The notes beneath the pieces were generated by a model. That model saw only the letters and a list, made by a program, of their open reading frames with translations. It had not been told where the DNA came from and ran no database searches. Of a stretch of DNA of 64,000 bases, positions 1 to 10,222 are shown piece by piece; position 1 is the first letter of the stretch; each line of letters starts with the position of its first letter. The DNA lies in NCBI GenBank assembly GCA_965222155.1, contig CBDCTH010000012.1, positions 2,528,001 to 2,592,000 on the forward strand, given 5' to 3'. Both the position numbers and the translations under genes were made by a program. The stretch comes from Gammaproteobacteria bacterium (GTDB taxonomy: Bacteria; Pseudomonadota; Gammaproteobacteria; Eutrophobiales; Eutrophobiaceae).

Positions 1-1835
1 GTCACCAGCATGGCCCGCGCCTTTCCGCCGATCTTGCCAGGGGCCAGCACCTGGTCGTGGAAGTGATCCACCATAATCTCCGCCTTCAGGCGGATAGCGT
101 GTTCGTGGCCTTCGACATAACGGCGTAGCTTCTTCTGCGCCCGGCGGCTATCGAACATCGGGTCATCTTCAATTTTCTTGACCAGCCAGTAGTAGCTGGA
201 AACCGGCGTGTAGTGGCGCAGCACGTCCAGGATGAAACCCTCCTGGATGGCCTGCTTCATGGTATAGCTGTGGAATGGGAGATGCCGCACTGCGCCGTCC
301 GGTTGTGGCTGCGGTATTCCAAAAATTTCCAGCGTCTTGTTCTTGGGCGTGGCAGTAAAGGCAAAGTAACTGGCGTTGGGGAGTAGCTTTTTGGACTCAA
401 TGAGGCGGTTGATACGATCTTCTACGGTTTCATCGTCATCCTCTTCCCCGGCTTCGGAAAGAGCCTGCGCCAGGGCCGAGGAAGTACGTCCTCCCTGGCC
501 CGAATGCGCTTCGTCAATGATAATGGCAAAATTTCGCCCACGGTGTGTGTCACTTATTTCATCAAGGATGAACGGGAACTTCTGAACCGTGGAAATGATG
601 ATCTTTTTGCCTTGCTCAATGAACCCGCCCAGGTCACCTGAAGTGTTGGCGTGCCCCACCGTGGAACCTACCTGAGCGTATTGTCTGATGGTGTCGCGAA
701 TTTGTTTATCCAGGACGATGCGGTCGGTCACTACGATGATCGAGTCAAAAATCGAAGTGTCGTTCTTTTCCAGTCCGATTAGTTGGTGTGACAGCCAGGC
801 GATGGAATTTGACTTGCCGCTGCCTGCTGAGTGTTGGATCAGATAGCGCTGTCCCGCGCCTTCGGCGCTGGCATCGTCCAGAAGTTTACGTACTACGTCC
901 AGTTGATGGTAACGCGGCCAGATCTGGGTTTTCTTCTTCTGTCCGGTCTTTTCATCCTTTAAGATCACCACTTGGGCATAGTTTTCGATGATGTTTGTCA
1001 AGCTTTCCCGTGCCAAAATCTGTTTCCACAGATAGTCAATCTTGAGGCCGTTGGGGTTGGGGGGATTGCCGGCGCTATCGTTCCAGCCCTTGTTGAAAGG
1101 CAGGAACCATGATGCCTTGCCCTTCAAGTGAGTACAGAACTTTATTTCCTGTTCATCTACGGCAAAATGCGCCACACAGCGGCCAAATTTGAACAACTTT
1201 TCGTTCGGGTCGCGGTCACGCCGGTATTGTTGAACTGCATCTTCAACCGTCTGCTTTGTCAGGTTGTTCTTCAACTCAAAGGTGATTACCGGCAAACCGT
1301 TGATGAAGAGCCCGAGGTCAAGCGAGTTTTGCGTATTTGCGCGGCTGTAACGCAACTGCCTGGTAACCGAAAAACGGTTCATTCCGTATCGTGCTGAGGC
1401 TCGCTCATTGCCCGGTGACGGAGTTCCGTAAAACAGGCCGAAATGGTGCGCGCCGTGATTAATGCCCTTATGCAAAACCTCTATAATGCCGCGGTTGGTA
1501 ATTTCACGTTCCAGTCTTGCAAGGAACTTGCGCCGCGCCGGACCGTCTTCATCAAGAGAAAGGGAACCGGCAGTCTCGGGCTGTGTTGCGTGCAGGAAGG
1601 TGGAGAGTTGCTCCAGGTCTGTGCAGTACTCACGATCGTAGTCGTTCGGAGAACCGCAGATCCAGCCGATGCCACCGTATGGAACCCTTGTTTTTCCTAT
1701 TTCATCGAAAATTACTTGCTTTCGGGTCGGCGGGATTTCCGTTAGCGTATTATCCCTAGGCGGGTCACAGGGATGACCCGTCAGCGCGGCGCATATTATT
1801 CTTTCCAGACCGCGCTCAGTGGTGTCGGTAGTCAT
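1..1835 (-). CDS. hsdR: Type I restriction enzyme R subunit (5' part, runs off the window)
   Basis: Manually translated open frame from ATG at 1835 (MTTDTTERGLE...), with FELKN nuclease motif, Walker A QHSAGSGKS, DEAH box IIIDEAHS and motif III FTATPK. Confidence 0.95.
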   Translation of the reverse strand, partial: MTTDTTERGLERIICAALTGHPCDPPRDNTLTEIPPTRKQVIFDEIGKTRVPYGGIGWICGSPNDYDREYCTDLEQLSTFLHATQPETAGSLSLDEDGPARRKFLARLEREITNRGIIEVLHKGINHGAHHFGLFYGTPSPGNERASARYGMNRFSVTRQLRYSRANTQNSLDLGLFINGLPVITFELKNNLTKQTVEDAVQQYRRDRDPNEKLFKFGRCVAHFAVDEQEIKFCTHLKGKASWFLPFNKGWNDSAGNPPNPNGLKIDYLWKQILARESLTNIIENYAQVVILKDEKTGQKKKTQIWPRYHQLDVVRKLLDDASAEGAGQRYLIQHSAGSGKSNSIAWLSHQLIGLEKNDTSIFDSIIVVTDRIVLDKQIRDTIRQYAQVGSTVGHANTSGDLGGFIEQGKKIIISTVQKFPFILDEISDTHRGRNFAIIIDEAHSGQGGRTSSALAQALSEAGEEDDDETVEDRINRLIESKKLLPNASYFAFTATPKNKTLEIFGIPQPQPDGAVRHLPFHSYTMKQAIQEGFILDVLRHYTPVSSYYWLVKKIEDDPMFDSRRAQKKLRRYVEGHEHAIRLKAEIMVDHFHDQVLAPGKIGGKARAMLV

Positions 1836-2331
1836 ATGAAACACCAGTCAAATGGCAAGACCCCTTATTTGCCAACGCGTTACTCGGCTCGAACACAATA
1901 ATTGTCAAATCGCTGAATTGCTCCAGTATCTTCTCAATACGCGGACGTACTTCAAACCAATCCAATCCTCCCAGTCCGCAGCCCAAAGCTGGTCTGGCAA
2001 TCGAGCAAATGTTGTATGACCGGATTTCTTCTACCAGCGCAATAAGACCGGCGTCAATGTACTCCATTCGGCTCTTGTCGCGCCAATGACGTTTAGTTGG
2101 AAAGTTGATGATATATTGCGGATTCGTCAGTTGACCTGTTTCGTATACAAACATTCGCCCAGGTTTTATTTCTTTTCGCTTGCAAGCTGCGGAGTAGGAC
2201 TTGAAGTTATCGGGAAAGACTTTTTTGAACTGAAGCGCCATACCGCGCCCCATGATACCAACACAATTGACGGTATTGACCAAGGCTTCAGCATCTTCGG
2301 TGAGGATGTCACCTGTCTTGAGATCGATCAT
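1816..2331 (-). CDS. Macrodomain protein, resembling the DarG N-terminal ADP-ribosyl hydrolase domain
   Basis: GDIL..AEALVNTVNCVGIMGRGMALQFK, INFPTKRHWR and PALGCGLGGLDW motifs; lacks the DarG C-terminal domain. Confidence 0.88.
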   Translation of the reverse strand: MIDLKTGDILTEDAEALVNTVNCVGIMGRGMALQFKKVFPDNFKSYSAACKRKEIKPGRMFVYETGQLTNPQYIINFPTKRHWRDKSRMEYIDAGLIALVEEIRSYNICSIARPALGCGLGGLDWFEVRPRIEKILEQFSDLTIIVFEPSNALANKGSCHLTGVSYDYRHH

Positions 2332-2410
2332 GTCTTACCATCCTCCTCTAGTGGTACCGCTTACCTTTAATTTCAACCTGCGGGTTTGTACGGAGTAGCC
2401 ATTATGCTGT

Positions 2411-3799
2411 TCAGCCCGATTGTAGTTCCGGTTTGTCGGCGATACTCAACTCGTCATGGGCTTCCGGTAGTTTAAATGCCGCCTCACGCACGTCAAGTTT
2501 ACCGGTAACTACGTCGGCAATCAGGCGGGTGCGGTATTCTTGCAAGAATTCGATTTGGCGTTGGGTAGCGCTGACAGCAGCTATGAGTTGTTCCGTCTGA
2601 GCCCAAGTTTCAGTAAGAATACGTTGCTGTTCTGAAATATCAGGCAAAACAATCTTAAAGTTGCGAATTGAGTCCAATGTAAGTCCTTCACGGGATGCTC
2701 CATTTTGTTCAAAATGTATCTCGCGTTGCATAAAGGTGGTAGACAAGTATGATGCCAAAAAGCCAGACAGCAGACGATTCTTCTTGGGTCTGATGATGCA
2801 AACGTGTTGACTCACATTGCCTTCTCCAAAATCGCTGGGAACAGAACAGACACGCCCAATAGAAGCCCCAGTTATATTCAGTAGAACATCATCCGATTTC
2901 ACATGCGTATTTGAGAGTGTTTGATGAAGCCTCGGTGTTATTCGAGCAACATCTTCAAGGCGAAGTCCGTCAAAATAGACATTCTGACTTCGGAGGAATG
3001 GAATTCCAGTATTTTGATATATGGTTGCTCCACCACGAGGAGTAACGCCGCTACCGAACTTCGTTGCCAGATAACGTAGCGCAATCACCTCCCAATGCGC
3101 CGGCACATCGCCGAGCCACTCGACCCCGGAGGGATTGAGGCGAACATTTGGGTCGAGCCCCCGGGTTACTGCACGATGGATGACGACCTGTCGTTGCTCC
3201 TCTAGTAGGTTGATGAGCTGCTCTTTGGCGTTGATGTGGCTGCGGATGTGTTCGGTAGCATGCTTGAGATAACGAACAATAGCGTTTTGTTCGGGGAGGG
3301 GTGGAACAAGACAAGGTAGATACTGGAAATCGCGCCAATTCAGATTCTGCCGTAGACCTGAACCCAAGCCATAGAATATTTTCTTGAGATCATAGGTATG
3401 GAGCAATAGGTGTCCATATTCACGCGATATTATTCCTCTTGTGTGGAAACACATATAAGCTGAGGTGATAGCCCCATGATGACGACTCAGGCCAAAACGA
3501 AGGCTAGTCCAGTCATTCTGTAAATCTGTCGGCCGAATAATTATATCGCCCGGTTCAATCACTTGGTATGTTTCAAAAGAAGCAGGAACTAGTCCGTGAT
3601 GTTGCTCAACCGGTTTGATTACGATTTGTCCATAGCTCAAGGAAAGAATCGTTGTTTCTTGCATACCGGTATTTGGTGATTTTTTTTCGTAATAACAGGC
3701 TCTACCAGGTAACAGCTCCCAATGTGCTGGTATGTCACCCAGCCATTCAACGCTGGAAGGTTTATACGCAGGGTAGGGTGTAGGTTTCAACGATTTCAA
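2411..3799 (-). CDS. hsdS: Type I R-M specificity subunit S
   Basis: Two repeats of SxVEWLGD(I/V)PAHWE, PPLPEQ and PDISEQ motifs, and C-terminal EYRTRLIADVVTGKLDV. Confidence 0.95.
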   Translation of the reverse strand: MKSLKPTPYPAYKPSSVEWLGDIPAHWELLPGRACYYEKKSPNTGMQETTILSLSYGQIVIKPVEQHHGLVPASFETYQVIEPGDIIIRPTDLQNDWTSLRFGLSRHHGAITSAYMCFHTRGIISREYGHLLLHTYDLKKIFYGLGSGLRQNLNWRDFQYLPCLVPPLPEQNAIVRYLKHATEHIRSHINAKEQLINLLEEQRQVVIHRAVTRGLDPNVRLNPSGVEWLGDVPAHWEVIALRYLATKFGSGVTPRGGATIYQNTGIPFLRSQNVYFDGLRLEDVARITPRLHQTLSNTHVKSDDVLLNITGASIGRVCSVPSDFGEGNVSQHVCIIRPKKNRLLSGFLASYLSTTFMQREIHFEQNGASREGLTLDSIRNFKIVLPDISEQQRILTETWAQTEQLIAAVSATQRQIEFLQEYRTRLIADVVTGKLDVREAAFKLPEAHDELSIADKPELQSG

Positions 3800-5265
3800 T
3801 CCCGCATGAATGATTGGGATAACTCGATCAACCCGGAAAGACGAGTAATAGTGTCTTTTGAAAAATCATTAACATAGAAGTCATGCCCGGGATATTCGCT
3901 GGGAAAAGAGGACAGGGTGTTTATTCTTTGTATGTCTGATTTTTGGGTCCGTTCAGACAGGTAAGGCGTGTGGGGTGTTTTCTGTTCATTTTTTAAGTTG
4001 TCATGTAAGCGTTCTAATTCATCCAGAGATCTACTACTATTTTCATGTGTTGCCCTATCTGCTAGATATAAACGGATTTCTAATTCGTTGAAAATGGGTT
4101 CTGACTCTCGAAGCCGGTTTTCAAGGAAAGCCAATTCGTCAATATAGTTCATTACCTCACTGCCGGTCCGGTCACCTCTGATGTATTCCTGATAAAGAGT
4201 TTTGTTCTTCAAGCGCAGGATTATCAACAGCGGGTGAAGTAGTTGAGTCATAGGAGAATGTGTCGTAGCGTTTTTTCCGATAAAAACAATCATCCGTACA
4301 CAGTAATCAATATCGCGGAGTGATAAACCGAAATAACCGCATAACGCTTGGAAGAATCTGTTGAATTCTTCAAAGCCATGGTAATAAGGCCCGGGTTCTG
4401 TACTTCTACACAGACTGATATAGAGATGTTCCAGTTGGTATCGTTTAATCAGATATTCGTAGAAGGCTTTTGAGTCTATGTCCGGCAGCAAAAACTCCAT
4501 GTCAAAGAAACGTCGGAGGTAGGTGTCCGCGTCGATTTCGCCATAGACTGACCCGATGGACGAACGCAACTCGTCGCGGTTGATCCCGAATACAAAAACC
4601 ATATCAGGAATATCAAAGATATGTTTGACTCGTTCAAGCAATTCGATGGCGAAGGTCGGGCGGCACCGGTCCAGTTCATCAATGATGAAAACCAGGGGAT
4701 GTTTGGTGTCTGCCTTTACCTGTCCCGATAATTCTTGCAATGCTGTTTTGAGTTCAGTCTTTTTTTCTCTTTGCTGTGAATACTCATCCAAAGTCTTGTC
4801 TGCGAATTGTTCCAGAATTTCGTCGATGTTCAGACCGCTGACCTTATGCAAGATACTCAGAGCGCCTTGAATTAGCAGAGATTTTGTGGCCTCCTTGATT
4901 TTATCGTCTAACCCTTCAATCCCTTTTTGTTTTATAAAATCGGACAGTTGGCCAATAATTGCAACGAATGGGTCATCGCAGAAATCATCTTCCCAGGCGT
5001 TGAAATAGATAGCCCGAAAGCCGCCTTTTTCCAACTGCTTTTGCCATCGTTTAAGCAGGAACGTCTTGCCCGTTCCCCAATGTCCGTGCAGGCTGATAAC
5101 GAATGGGTCAGATTGCCCGCTGATAAGTTTCGTCAGTTTTTCAGCGACATCAGATCGTTTCAGTGCGTCATCTGCCCACGGGTTATCCTCCTGAATTGCC
5201 GGTTCGGATAACTTCAATCGAAGCGATTCTTTCAGGTCTTGGGCATCTGACAGGTTGTCGTTCAT
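3796..5265 (-). CDS. KAP family P-loop NTPase
   Basis: Walker A GHWGTGKT, FNAWEDD, Walker B FIIDELDRCRP and YLRRFFD motifs. Confidence 0.9.
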   Translation of the reverse strand: MNDNLSDAQDLKESLRLKLSEPAIQEDNPWADDALKRSDVAEKLTKLISGQSDPFVISLHGHWGTGKTFLLKRWQKQLEKGGFRAIYFNAWEDDFCDDPFVAIIGQLSDFIKQKGIEGLDDKIKEATKSLLIQGALSILHKVSGLNIDEILEQFADKTLDEYSQQREKKTELKTALQELSGQVKADTKHPLVFIIDELDRCRPTFAIELLERVKHIFDIPDMVFVFGINRDELRSSIGSVYGEIDADTYLRRFFDMEFLLPDIDSKAFYEYLIKRYQLEHLYISLCRSTEPGPYYHGFEEFNRFFQALCGYFGLSLRDIDYCVRMIVFIGKNATTHSPMTQLLHPLLIILRLKNKTLYQEYIRGDRTGSEVMNYIDELAFLENRLRESEPIFNELEIRLYLADRATHENSSRSLDELERLHDNLKNEQKTPHTPYLSERTQKSDIQRINTLSSFPSEYPGHDFYVNDFSKDTITRLSGLIELSQSFMRD

Positions 5266-5287
5266 TTATTCAGGTTTAATCAACGGA

Positions 5288-6904
5288 TCAGGGCTGAATG
5301 TTAAAATGCTCGGCAATAGCGTCCAATTTTTCGACCACCTCAGGATGTATTTCCTCTTCTTTCATCTCTGCCGCAATTTGGTGATAATCACTTTTTTTAA
5401 TGTTAATTTCTGCCTCTTGCATAAGATTGGAGAGCAATTTTTTTCCCTTGGTATCCCGCAGAAAGGCAGTGGTTTTAAATGGATCATTATATACCGTCAA
5501 GGGCAGCTCCTTTTTCATATAATCATCTACTTCGCACGCTACGTTTGTTCCCTTATTTTTTTCTACAAAACAAATAATGGCCTTAGGGTGGATAAGATAG
5601 TTTTCGATTTCATAACGCTGCCAACACAGACTTTTCATGCCGTCAGGGAGCGAACCGCCCCTAGCGTCCTGGTCGCCATCCCGTAACTCCACTCCTCGAA
5701 AATCTGGACCGACCAAACGCATGGAACTGAAATGACTTAATGGGAACCCGTTCTTGCCCCCCTCTTCTGCGGTCCAACGCCAGAAGGGTCTTTCCAGGAA
5801 TGACAACAAGGGATGCCCCAGTATCCGCGCCCACTCCCTGAGTATGTCAATGTCTGTTTTTCCTTCCACGTATAAAATGCCGGGTTCAGTCAGGGCAAGC
5901 ATCATTTCCGTGTTCTCCAACAGGCGTAAAGTCCCTATCGCTTGCTGGCTACTCACTTTCCGCAATTCGCCGATACTTGTCAACACGCACAGGCTTTCTT
6001 TATCGGCAGCATTGATAATCTGCTCTGAGTGCGTCGCAATAATCAATTGTGACCCTTTCTGGAGGGCATATTCGCGCAAATCCTGATATATTTTCTGCTG
6101 CAACAGAATATGCAAATGTGCATCCGGTTCGTCGATAAGAACTACAGACACATCTTCGTGCAATAAGCTGGCGTAAACCATCAAAACTTGCAGAAAACCG
6201 CTTGCCGCGCTATTCAGTTCATACAGTTGATCTTCTTCTGAATGTCGGTAACGCGCGAGTATTTCTGCACCAGCGCTGGGAATTGATAGCTCGTAACCGA
6301 AAAAAGACCTGACGACTTTTTGTAATTTTTCCCATTTTTTTATGTCCTGACTGACGGCAAGAAGCAGGTTGCGTAATACGCTACCCCCACGCCCTCCTGC
6401 CAGTCGCGCTGGGACTACGCCGGGACCAAACAGGGGTTCACTCCTGTCCAGTTGAGAAAAGGGTGGTATGTAAACAGGTATGAGGGGATTATCAATATAT
6501 TTCTCCAAATCCTCCTCTTGGACCTCTTTTGCAGGACGTGCGACAACTAATTCTCTTTCCGCGTATAAAATTTCGAAACCTATTTTCCAGTGGTCGGTAT
6601 GTACCCAGATAGATGCGGGAGATGTTACGTCCTTATCTTTCCAAAGATAATCGAAATCAGCCAGGGGTACTGAATAGAATTTTTCTATGTTGAGGTTGAT
6701 TTTTGGGTAATTCTCGTCCTGCTCTCGCGCCAGATCCGGGCTTTTCTGGCTCCATTGAGAAGCAATTTCCGAACAGGCTGCAATGGCTTGCAACACTGTG
6801 GTTTTGCCGGAATTGTTCGGTCCCGCAATGACGAGATGATGAGGAATTTCGAATTCCACTTGATCGAATTTCTTGATGCTACGAATCTTGACTTTGCGGA
6901 TCAT
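5288..6904 (-). CDS. ABC-type ATPase fused to a TOPRIM domain (OLD-like / AAA_15-AAA_21 nuclease)
   Basis: Walker A GPNNSGKT, Walker B LIDEPDAHLH, ATHS switch, TOPRIM YVEGKTD and RDGD; start taken at MIRKVKIR (6904). Confidence 0.82.
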   Translation of the reverse strand: MIRKVKIRSIKKFDQVEFEIPHHLVIAGPNNSGKTTVLQAIAACSEIASQWSQKSPDLAREQDENYPKINLNIEKFYSVPLADFDYLWKDKDVTSPASIWVHTDHWKIGFEILYAERELVVARPAKEVQEEDLEKYIDNPLIPVYIPPFSQLDRSEPLFGPGVVPARLAGGRGGSVLRNLLLAVSQDIKKWEKLQKVVRSFFGYELSIPSAGAEILARYRHSEEDQLYELNSAASGFLQVLMVYASLLHEDVSVVLIDEPDAHLHILLQQKIYQDLREYALQKGSQLIIATHSEQIINAADKESLCVLTSIGELRKVSSQQAIGTLRLLENTEMMLALTEPGILYVEGKTDIDILREWARILGHPLLSFLERPFWRWTAEEGGKNGFPLSHFSSMRLVGPDFRGVELRDGDQDARGGSLPDGMKSLCWQRYEIENYLIHPKAIICFVEKNKGTNVACEVDDYMKKELPLTVYNDPFKTTAFLRDTKGKKLLSNLMQEAEINIKKSDYHQIAAEMKEEEIHPEVVEKLDAIAEHFNIQP

Positions 6905-7259
6905 GTCTGTTTGTCTCCGGTACAAAAATTGGTGGCGCCTCACTCCATACAATGTGCCCATGCCTCAGCCAGTAATGACACCGGCAAGCCAAGCCAGTGA
7001 CATGCACTGATGGCGATAAGGATATGAGGCCGTCCGGGTGCTCTGTTATACGCCATTTTTTGCGCACGTCAGGTGATACGTCCAGGTGTACAACCTGCTG
7101 GCAAGCCTGACGGGGACAAACAATGGCCGCATAGAACGGATATTCACGTCCACCAACGATATACACTGTGTTTTTAGCGGGATTCTCAGGCAGATCTTCT
7201 ACCCACTCAGTACGATAAGGATGAAATCGCGCCCATAAATTGAATAACCATCTAATCAT
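6879..7259 (-). CDS. DUF6527-like protein (putative Ser-His peptidase of Bub operons)
   Basis: CPxxxC motif and SLSPSV...CRCHYWLRHG; directly downstream of the JAB-E1 gene with an 8-bp overlap. Confidence 0.8.
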   Translation of the reverse strand: MIRWLFNLWARFHPYRTEWVEDLPENPAKNTVYIVGGREYPFYAAIVCPRQACQQVVHLDVSPDVRKKWRITEHPDGLISLSPSVHVTGLACRCHYWLRHGHIVWSEAPPIFVPETNRHDPQSQDS

Positions 7260-8646
7260 TGTTGATATTGTTTTTTACGAGCAAGCTCTTGTCACCTGTT
7301 CCTGCATATCGTTTCAACAATGAATGCGGCTTGCCTGTGTCCGTGTCTTTTTCATAACATCCATGCACCAGGCGAAACCGCTGGGTACCGAACTCATGAT
7401 TGTCGTCAAAACGGTAGGTATGAATTCGGGCCAGAAAATCATTAAACGCCATGCAGGCTGCCTGCATATTAATCGACATTACGGCGGGCTGTTCTTCGCC
7501 CACCGCTGCCAGGTATCCGGCTGCCTGCTGCCCCTGGTAGTGCTCCGGAGCGTTTCTCTGCCAGTTTTCGGCTGTGACCTGCTCCATAGTATATGCACCG
7601 CGTGATAGTAAGCTATCGCCTTCCGGATGGATGAAGTGCGAGACCGCATCGGCGCTTGTAATGTCCCCTGTGCCATCGGCCTCAAGGTGTACCCCAACGT
7701 CGAAATACGGAATCAGGTAAGCGCTCGCCAGACAATCCAGGTGGTACCTGCCAAAGGCTGAATCCACACAACCGAAAATGACATCGCAATCTATCAATGC
7801 TGCAACAACATCAGGTGAATCTGTTAAAGCCTGGTAGGTATCTACATCGGTTCCCATTCCGATTTTCTGAATTGCTTGTTTGAGGGCTGAAACCTTGGGT
7901 TGTCGCTTTTTGGCGCCCTCCGTAGTACTGTTGACAATTCGATTCAGGTTTTTTTCTTCCAGCGTATCACTGTCCGCAATGACCAACTCTCCCACACAAT
8001 TACGCGTCAACAACTCAATGATGATACTCCCGGTTCCGGAACATCCGACGACTCCCACCTTCAAGGAACGCAGTAAATTCAAAGTTTTGCTGCCGAAAGT
8101 CTGCGACAATTTTCTTTGATATGCCGATGTTTTTCTTTTTCCCCCCTGCTTCCAGATACGAATGGTGTTACCGACCACAGAAACAGACGCCAATTCGAAA
8201 AACTTTCCATTGACATCCACTATTCGCGCCCGGATTGTGCCATCGGGCATCATTATAGCTGACCCGTTCAGGCGATCATCGTCGAACCAGTTGCAAACTG
8301 ACGCAAATAACTCCCGGTCGTTTTGGTCGTCAATCTCTGAAAACATTTCATATCCATTTGGGTGAGAATGAATGGTTACTACGGACTGACCGCGTCGATC
8401 AATATCACTGATCTTTTCCGGTGTCAGGTAATCTTCAAAAGGCCACGATATAAACCTGTCCTTTCTTTGTGACCGATTGTGGGGCAGACACAAAATTTCC
8501 GAAACGATGAGGCGCTGGCGGTGCTTCCCTGACCCCTGGTTGCAGAGCAAAACAGCGGCTGCTTCCAGCCCATCACCCGGGAAAAGATATTCGAAAACCG
8601 TCTCATGGCGACGTTCAGTCATCACCAGTGAGACGGGTTTCATCAC
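7252..8646 (-). CDS. JAB/MPN peptidase fused to ThiF/E1 adenylyltransferase (BubCD-like)
   Basis: JAB motif HSHPxxxxxFSxxD; ThiF motifs VGVVGCSGTGS, DSD..EEKNLNR and FGCVD; GY motif in AAGYL. Confidence 0.88.
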   Translation of the reverse strand: MMKPVSLVMTERRHETVFEYLFPGDGLEAAAVLLCNQGSGKHRQRLIVSEILCLPHNRSQRKDRFISWPFEDYLTPEKISDIDRRGQSVVTIHSHPNGYEMFSEIDDQNDRELFASVCNWFDDDRLNGSAIMMPDGTIRARIVDVNGKFFELASVSVVGNTIRIWKQGGKRKTSAYQRKLSQTFGSKTLNLLRSLKVGVVGCSGTGSIIIELLTRNCVGELVIADSDTLEEKNLNRIVNSTTEGAKKRQPKVSALKQAIQKIGMGTDVDTYQALTDSPDVVAALIDCDVIFGCVDSAFGRYHLDCLASAYLIPYFDVGVHLEADGTGDITSADAVSHFIHPEGDSLLSRGAYTMEQVTAENWQRNAPEHYQGQQAAGYLAAVGEEQPAVMSINMQAACMAFNDFLARIHTYRFDDNHEFGTQRFRLVHGCYEKDTDTGKPHSLLKRYAGTGDKSLLVKNNINND

Positions 8647-9761
8647 TTTACCTCGTTTTCTATCTCGTTTCTAATGTGCTCAATATGTTTCCAAAGGCAA
8701 TCTTCGCCCGGTTTCCATTCATAATGCCGGGACCAGCGTTGCCAGGTCCGACCGAAATGGTCTTCAGAAGCCAGTGCGTTAATTGTTGCGCCATTCGATT
8801 TGTGGAGTGGCGGATCAAAATAAAACATGTCTAACGCCGAACCGGGATAACCACTTGGAATGAGCACCATCAATGTGGCCTGCGCCATAGTGTAGCCGTC
8901 TGGAACAGGAAATACCCTGATAAGCAAGCCGTGTTTCCCGTTACCCTCTGTTATTTTCTCCCACTTGGAGAAATAATTTGCTTCCAGATATTCAGTATCT
9001 TCCGGCAGTAATTCATAAGGGCCGACATCACCTTGTTGCGCTTGTCGCCGGACAGTTTCAAAGCGTTCAATACCTGGCTGCGCCAAATCAACCTTCGTAT
9101 TAGCCTCGATTCTTTCTCTTTTACCACCACACAACTTCTGATTAAGAGACCACTCGCCGAAACTTTTTTCAACTAACGCTAAAATGTTGACCCCGGTGAT
9201 TTCTGCGGAGTCCACGGTGTGTTTTTCACCATCAATACGGATGCGATATTTTCTTACTTTGGGTGGGCGGCGATTGTGTTTTCCGCATTTTTCGATATCA
9301 ATTGAGTCGTCATCATCGTCGGCAGGGGGAATGACGAAGTATGAATCCTTATCCTGGATAACAATGATCATGTCGTCCGGAATCTCCACGTCAACACTGT
9401 CTTTTATATCAGCAAACAACCGTCCATCGGGAAATTTGTCATCTCGTTCTTTAAGAGCTTTGCCACTGATTTTTGCAGTTGATAACTCTAAATCGTGAGA
9501 ACCATTAAACTCCGGCTGCACGCCATTACGCAATCGCGGGTTATCTTCGATAGAACTTTCCCCAGTCACGAACTTTTCCCCGCCATGGATAAGCAGGTAT
9601 TCCTCGGGCAAGAGAGGGATATCTATACCGTCTTCCCGGTTCAAAAAAATCCGATTTTCACCGCAATCGGCGATTTCATAAAGTGTTGCGACAGAAACAA
9701 GTCCTGCGTGAACCTGTTGTTCTTGACCGTTGATTTGAACGTTCATTTTCATGATCTCCAT
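8643..9761 (-). CDS. Multi-ubiquitin-like domains (about 3) fused to prokaryotic E2 family E (BubA-BubB-like fusion)
   Basis: Three beta-grasp-like repeats (ING/FNG/IDG ... EKF/ERF), the last ending QAQQG; then LPEDTEYL, VPDGY, IPSGYPGSALDMFY and WQRWSRH typical of Prok-E2_E. Confidence 0.85.
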   Translation of the reverse strand: MEIMKMNVQINGQEQQVHAGLVSVATLYEIADCGENRIFLNREDGIDIPLLPEEYLLIHGGEKFVTGESSIEDNPRLRNGVQPEFNGSHDLELSTAKISGKALKERDDKFPDGRLFADIKDSVDVEIPDDMIIVIQDKDSYFVIPPADDDDDSIDIEKCGKHNRRPPKVRKYRIRIDGEKHTVDSAEITGVNILALVEKSFGEWSLNQKLCGGKRERIEANTKVDLAQPGIERFETVRRQAQQGDVGPYELLPEDTEYLEANYFSKWEKITEGNGKHGLLIRVFPVPDGYTMAQATLMVLIPSGYPGSALDMFYFDPPLHKSNGATINALASEDHFGRTWQRWSRHYEWKPGEDCLWKHIEHIRNEIENEVK

Positions 9762-9865
9762 AATAGCAGGTTGTAATAAATTTTGTTGCCTCTATAATCT
9801 CTGATGAGACAGTGAACAATCACATAATATCATTAAATTCTCAAAACGCAACAAAAATATTCTCA

Positions 9866-10222
9866 ATGAGCAATGAAATAGACAAAAATTTTGCACAGAG
9901 ATTGATAAAGTCTCGACAAATCAGGGGGTTAAAGCAGGCAGATCTAGCCAGGAACGCGGGCATTCCTCCCTCGGCAATTTCCCATTTTGAGGCAGGAGAA
10001 CGAAAACCTTCTTTTGAAACCCTACACCGCCTTGCAGAAGCGCTGGGCGTCACTATAGATTTTCTTCTTGGTAGAATTGATGAGACGGAAGGACTTGCAG
10101 ATGCCGACCCCCTCTATCGCGGCTTCCAGGAAATGAATGATGAAGACAGAAAGCTGACCCAGGATTTTATGGAAATGCTGAGGAATCGGCATTCAGGAAC
10201 GCAGAATGACGAAAACAAATAA
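9866..10222 (+). CDS. XRE-family HTH transcriptional repressor (CapH/ImmR-like)
   Basis: RGLKQADLARNAGIPPSAISHFEAGERKPS HTH; divergent from the Ubl gene and overlapping the peptidase gene. Confidence 0.9.
   Translation: MSNEIDKNFAQRLIKSRQIRGLKQADLARNAGIPPSAISHFEAGERKPSFETLHRLAEALGVTIDFLLGRIDETEGLADADPLYRGFQEMNDEDRKLTQDFMEMLRNRHSGTQNDENK

Noticed and set aside
5288-6904. Gabija, PARIS, Septu or retron assignment for the ATPase-TOPRIM gene
   Set aside because: No UvrD helicase, HNH nuclease, separate AriB-like gene or reverse transcriptase is adjacent.
6879-9761. CBASS/Pycsar type II (Cap2/Cap3) or ThiF/MoeB cofactor biosynthesis
   Set aside because: No cyclase gene and no thiamine or molybdopterin genes nearby; the domain order fits a Ubl conjugation operon.
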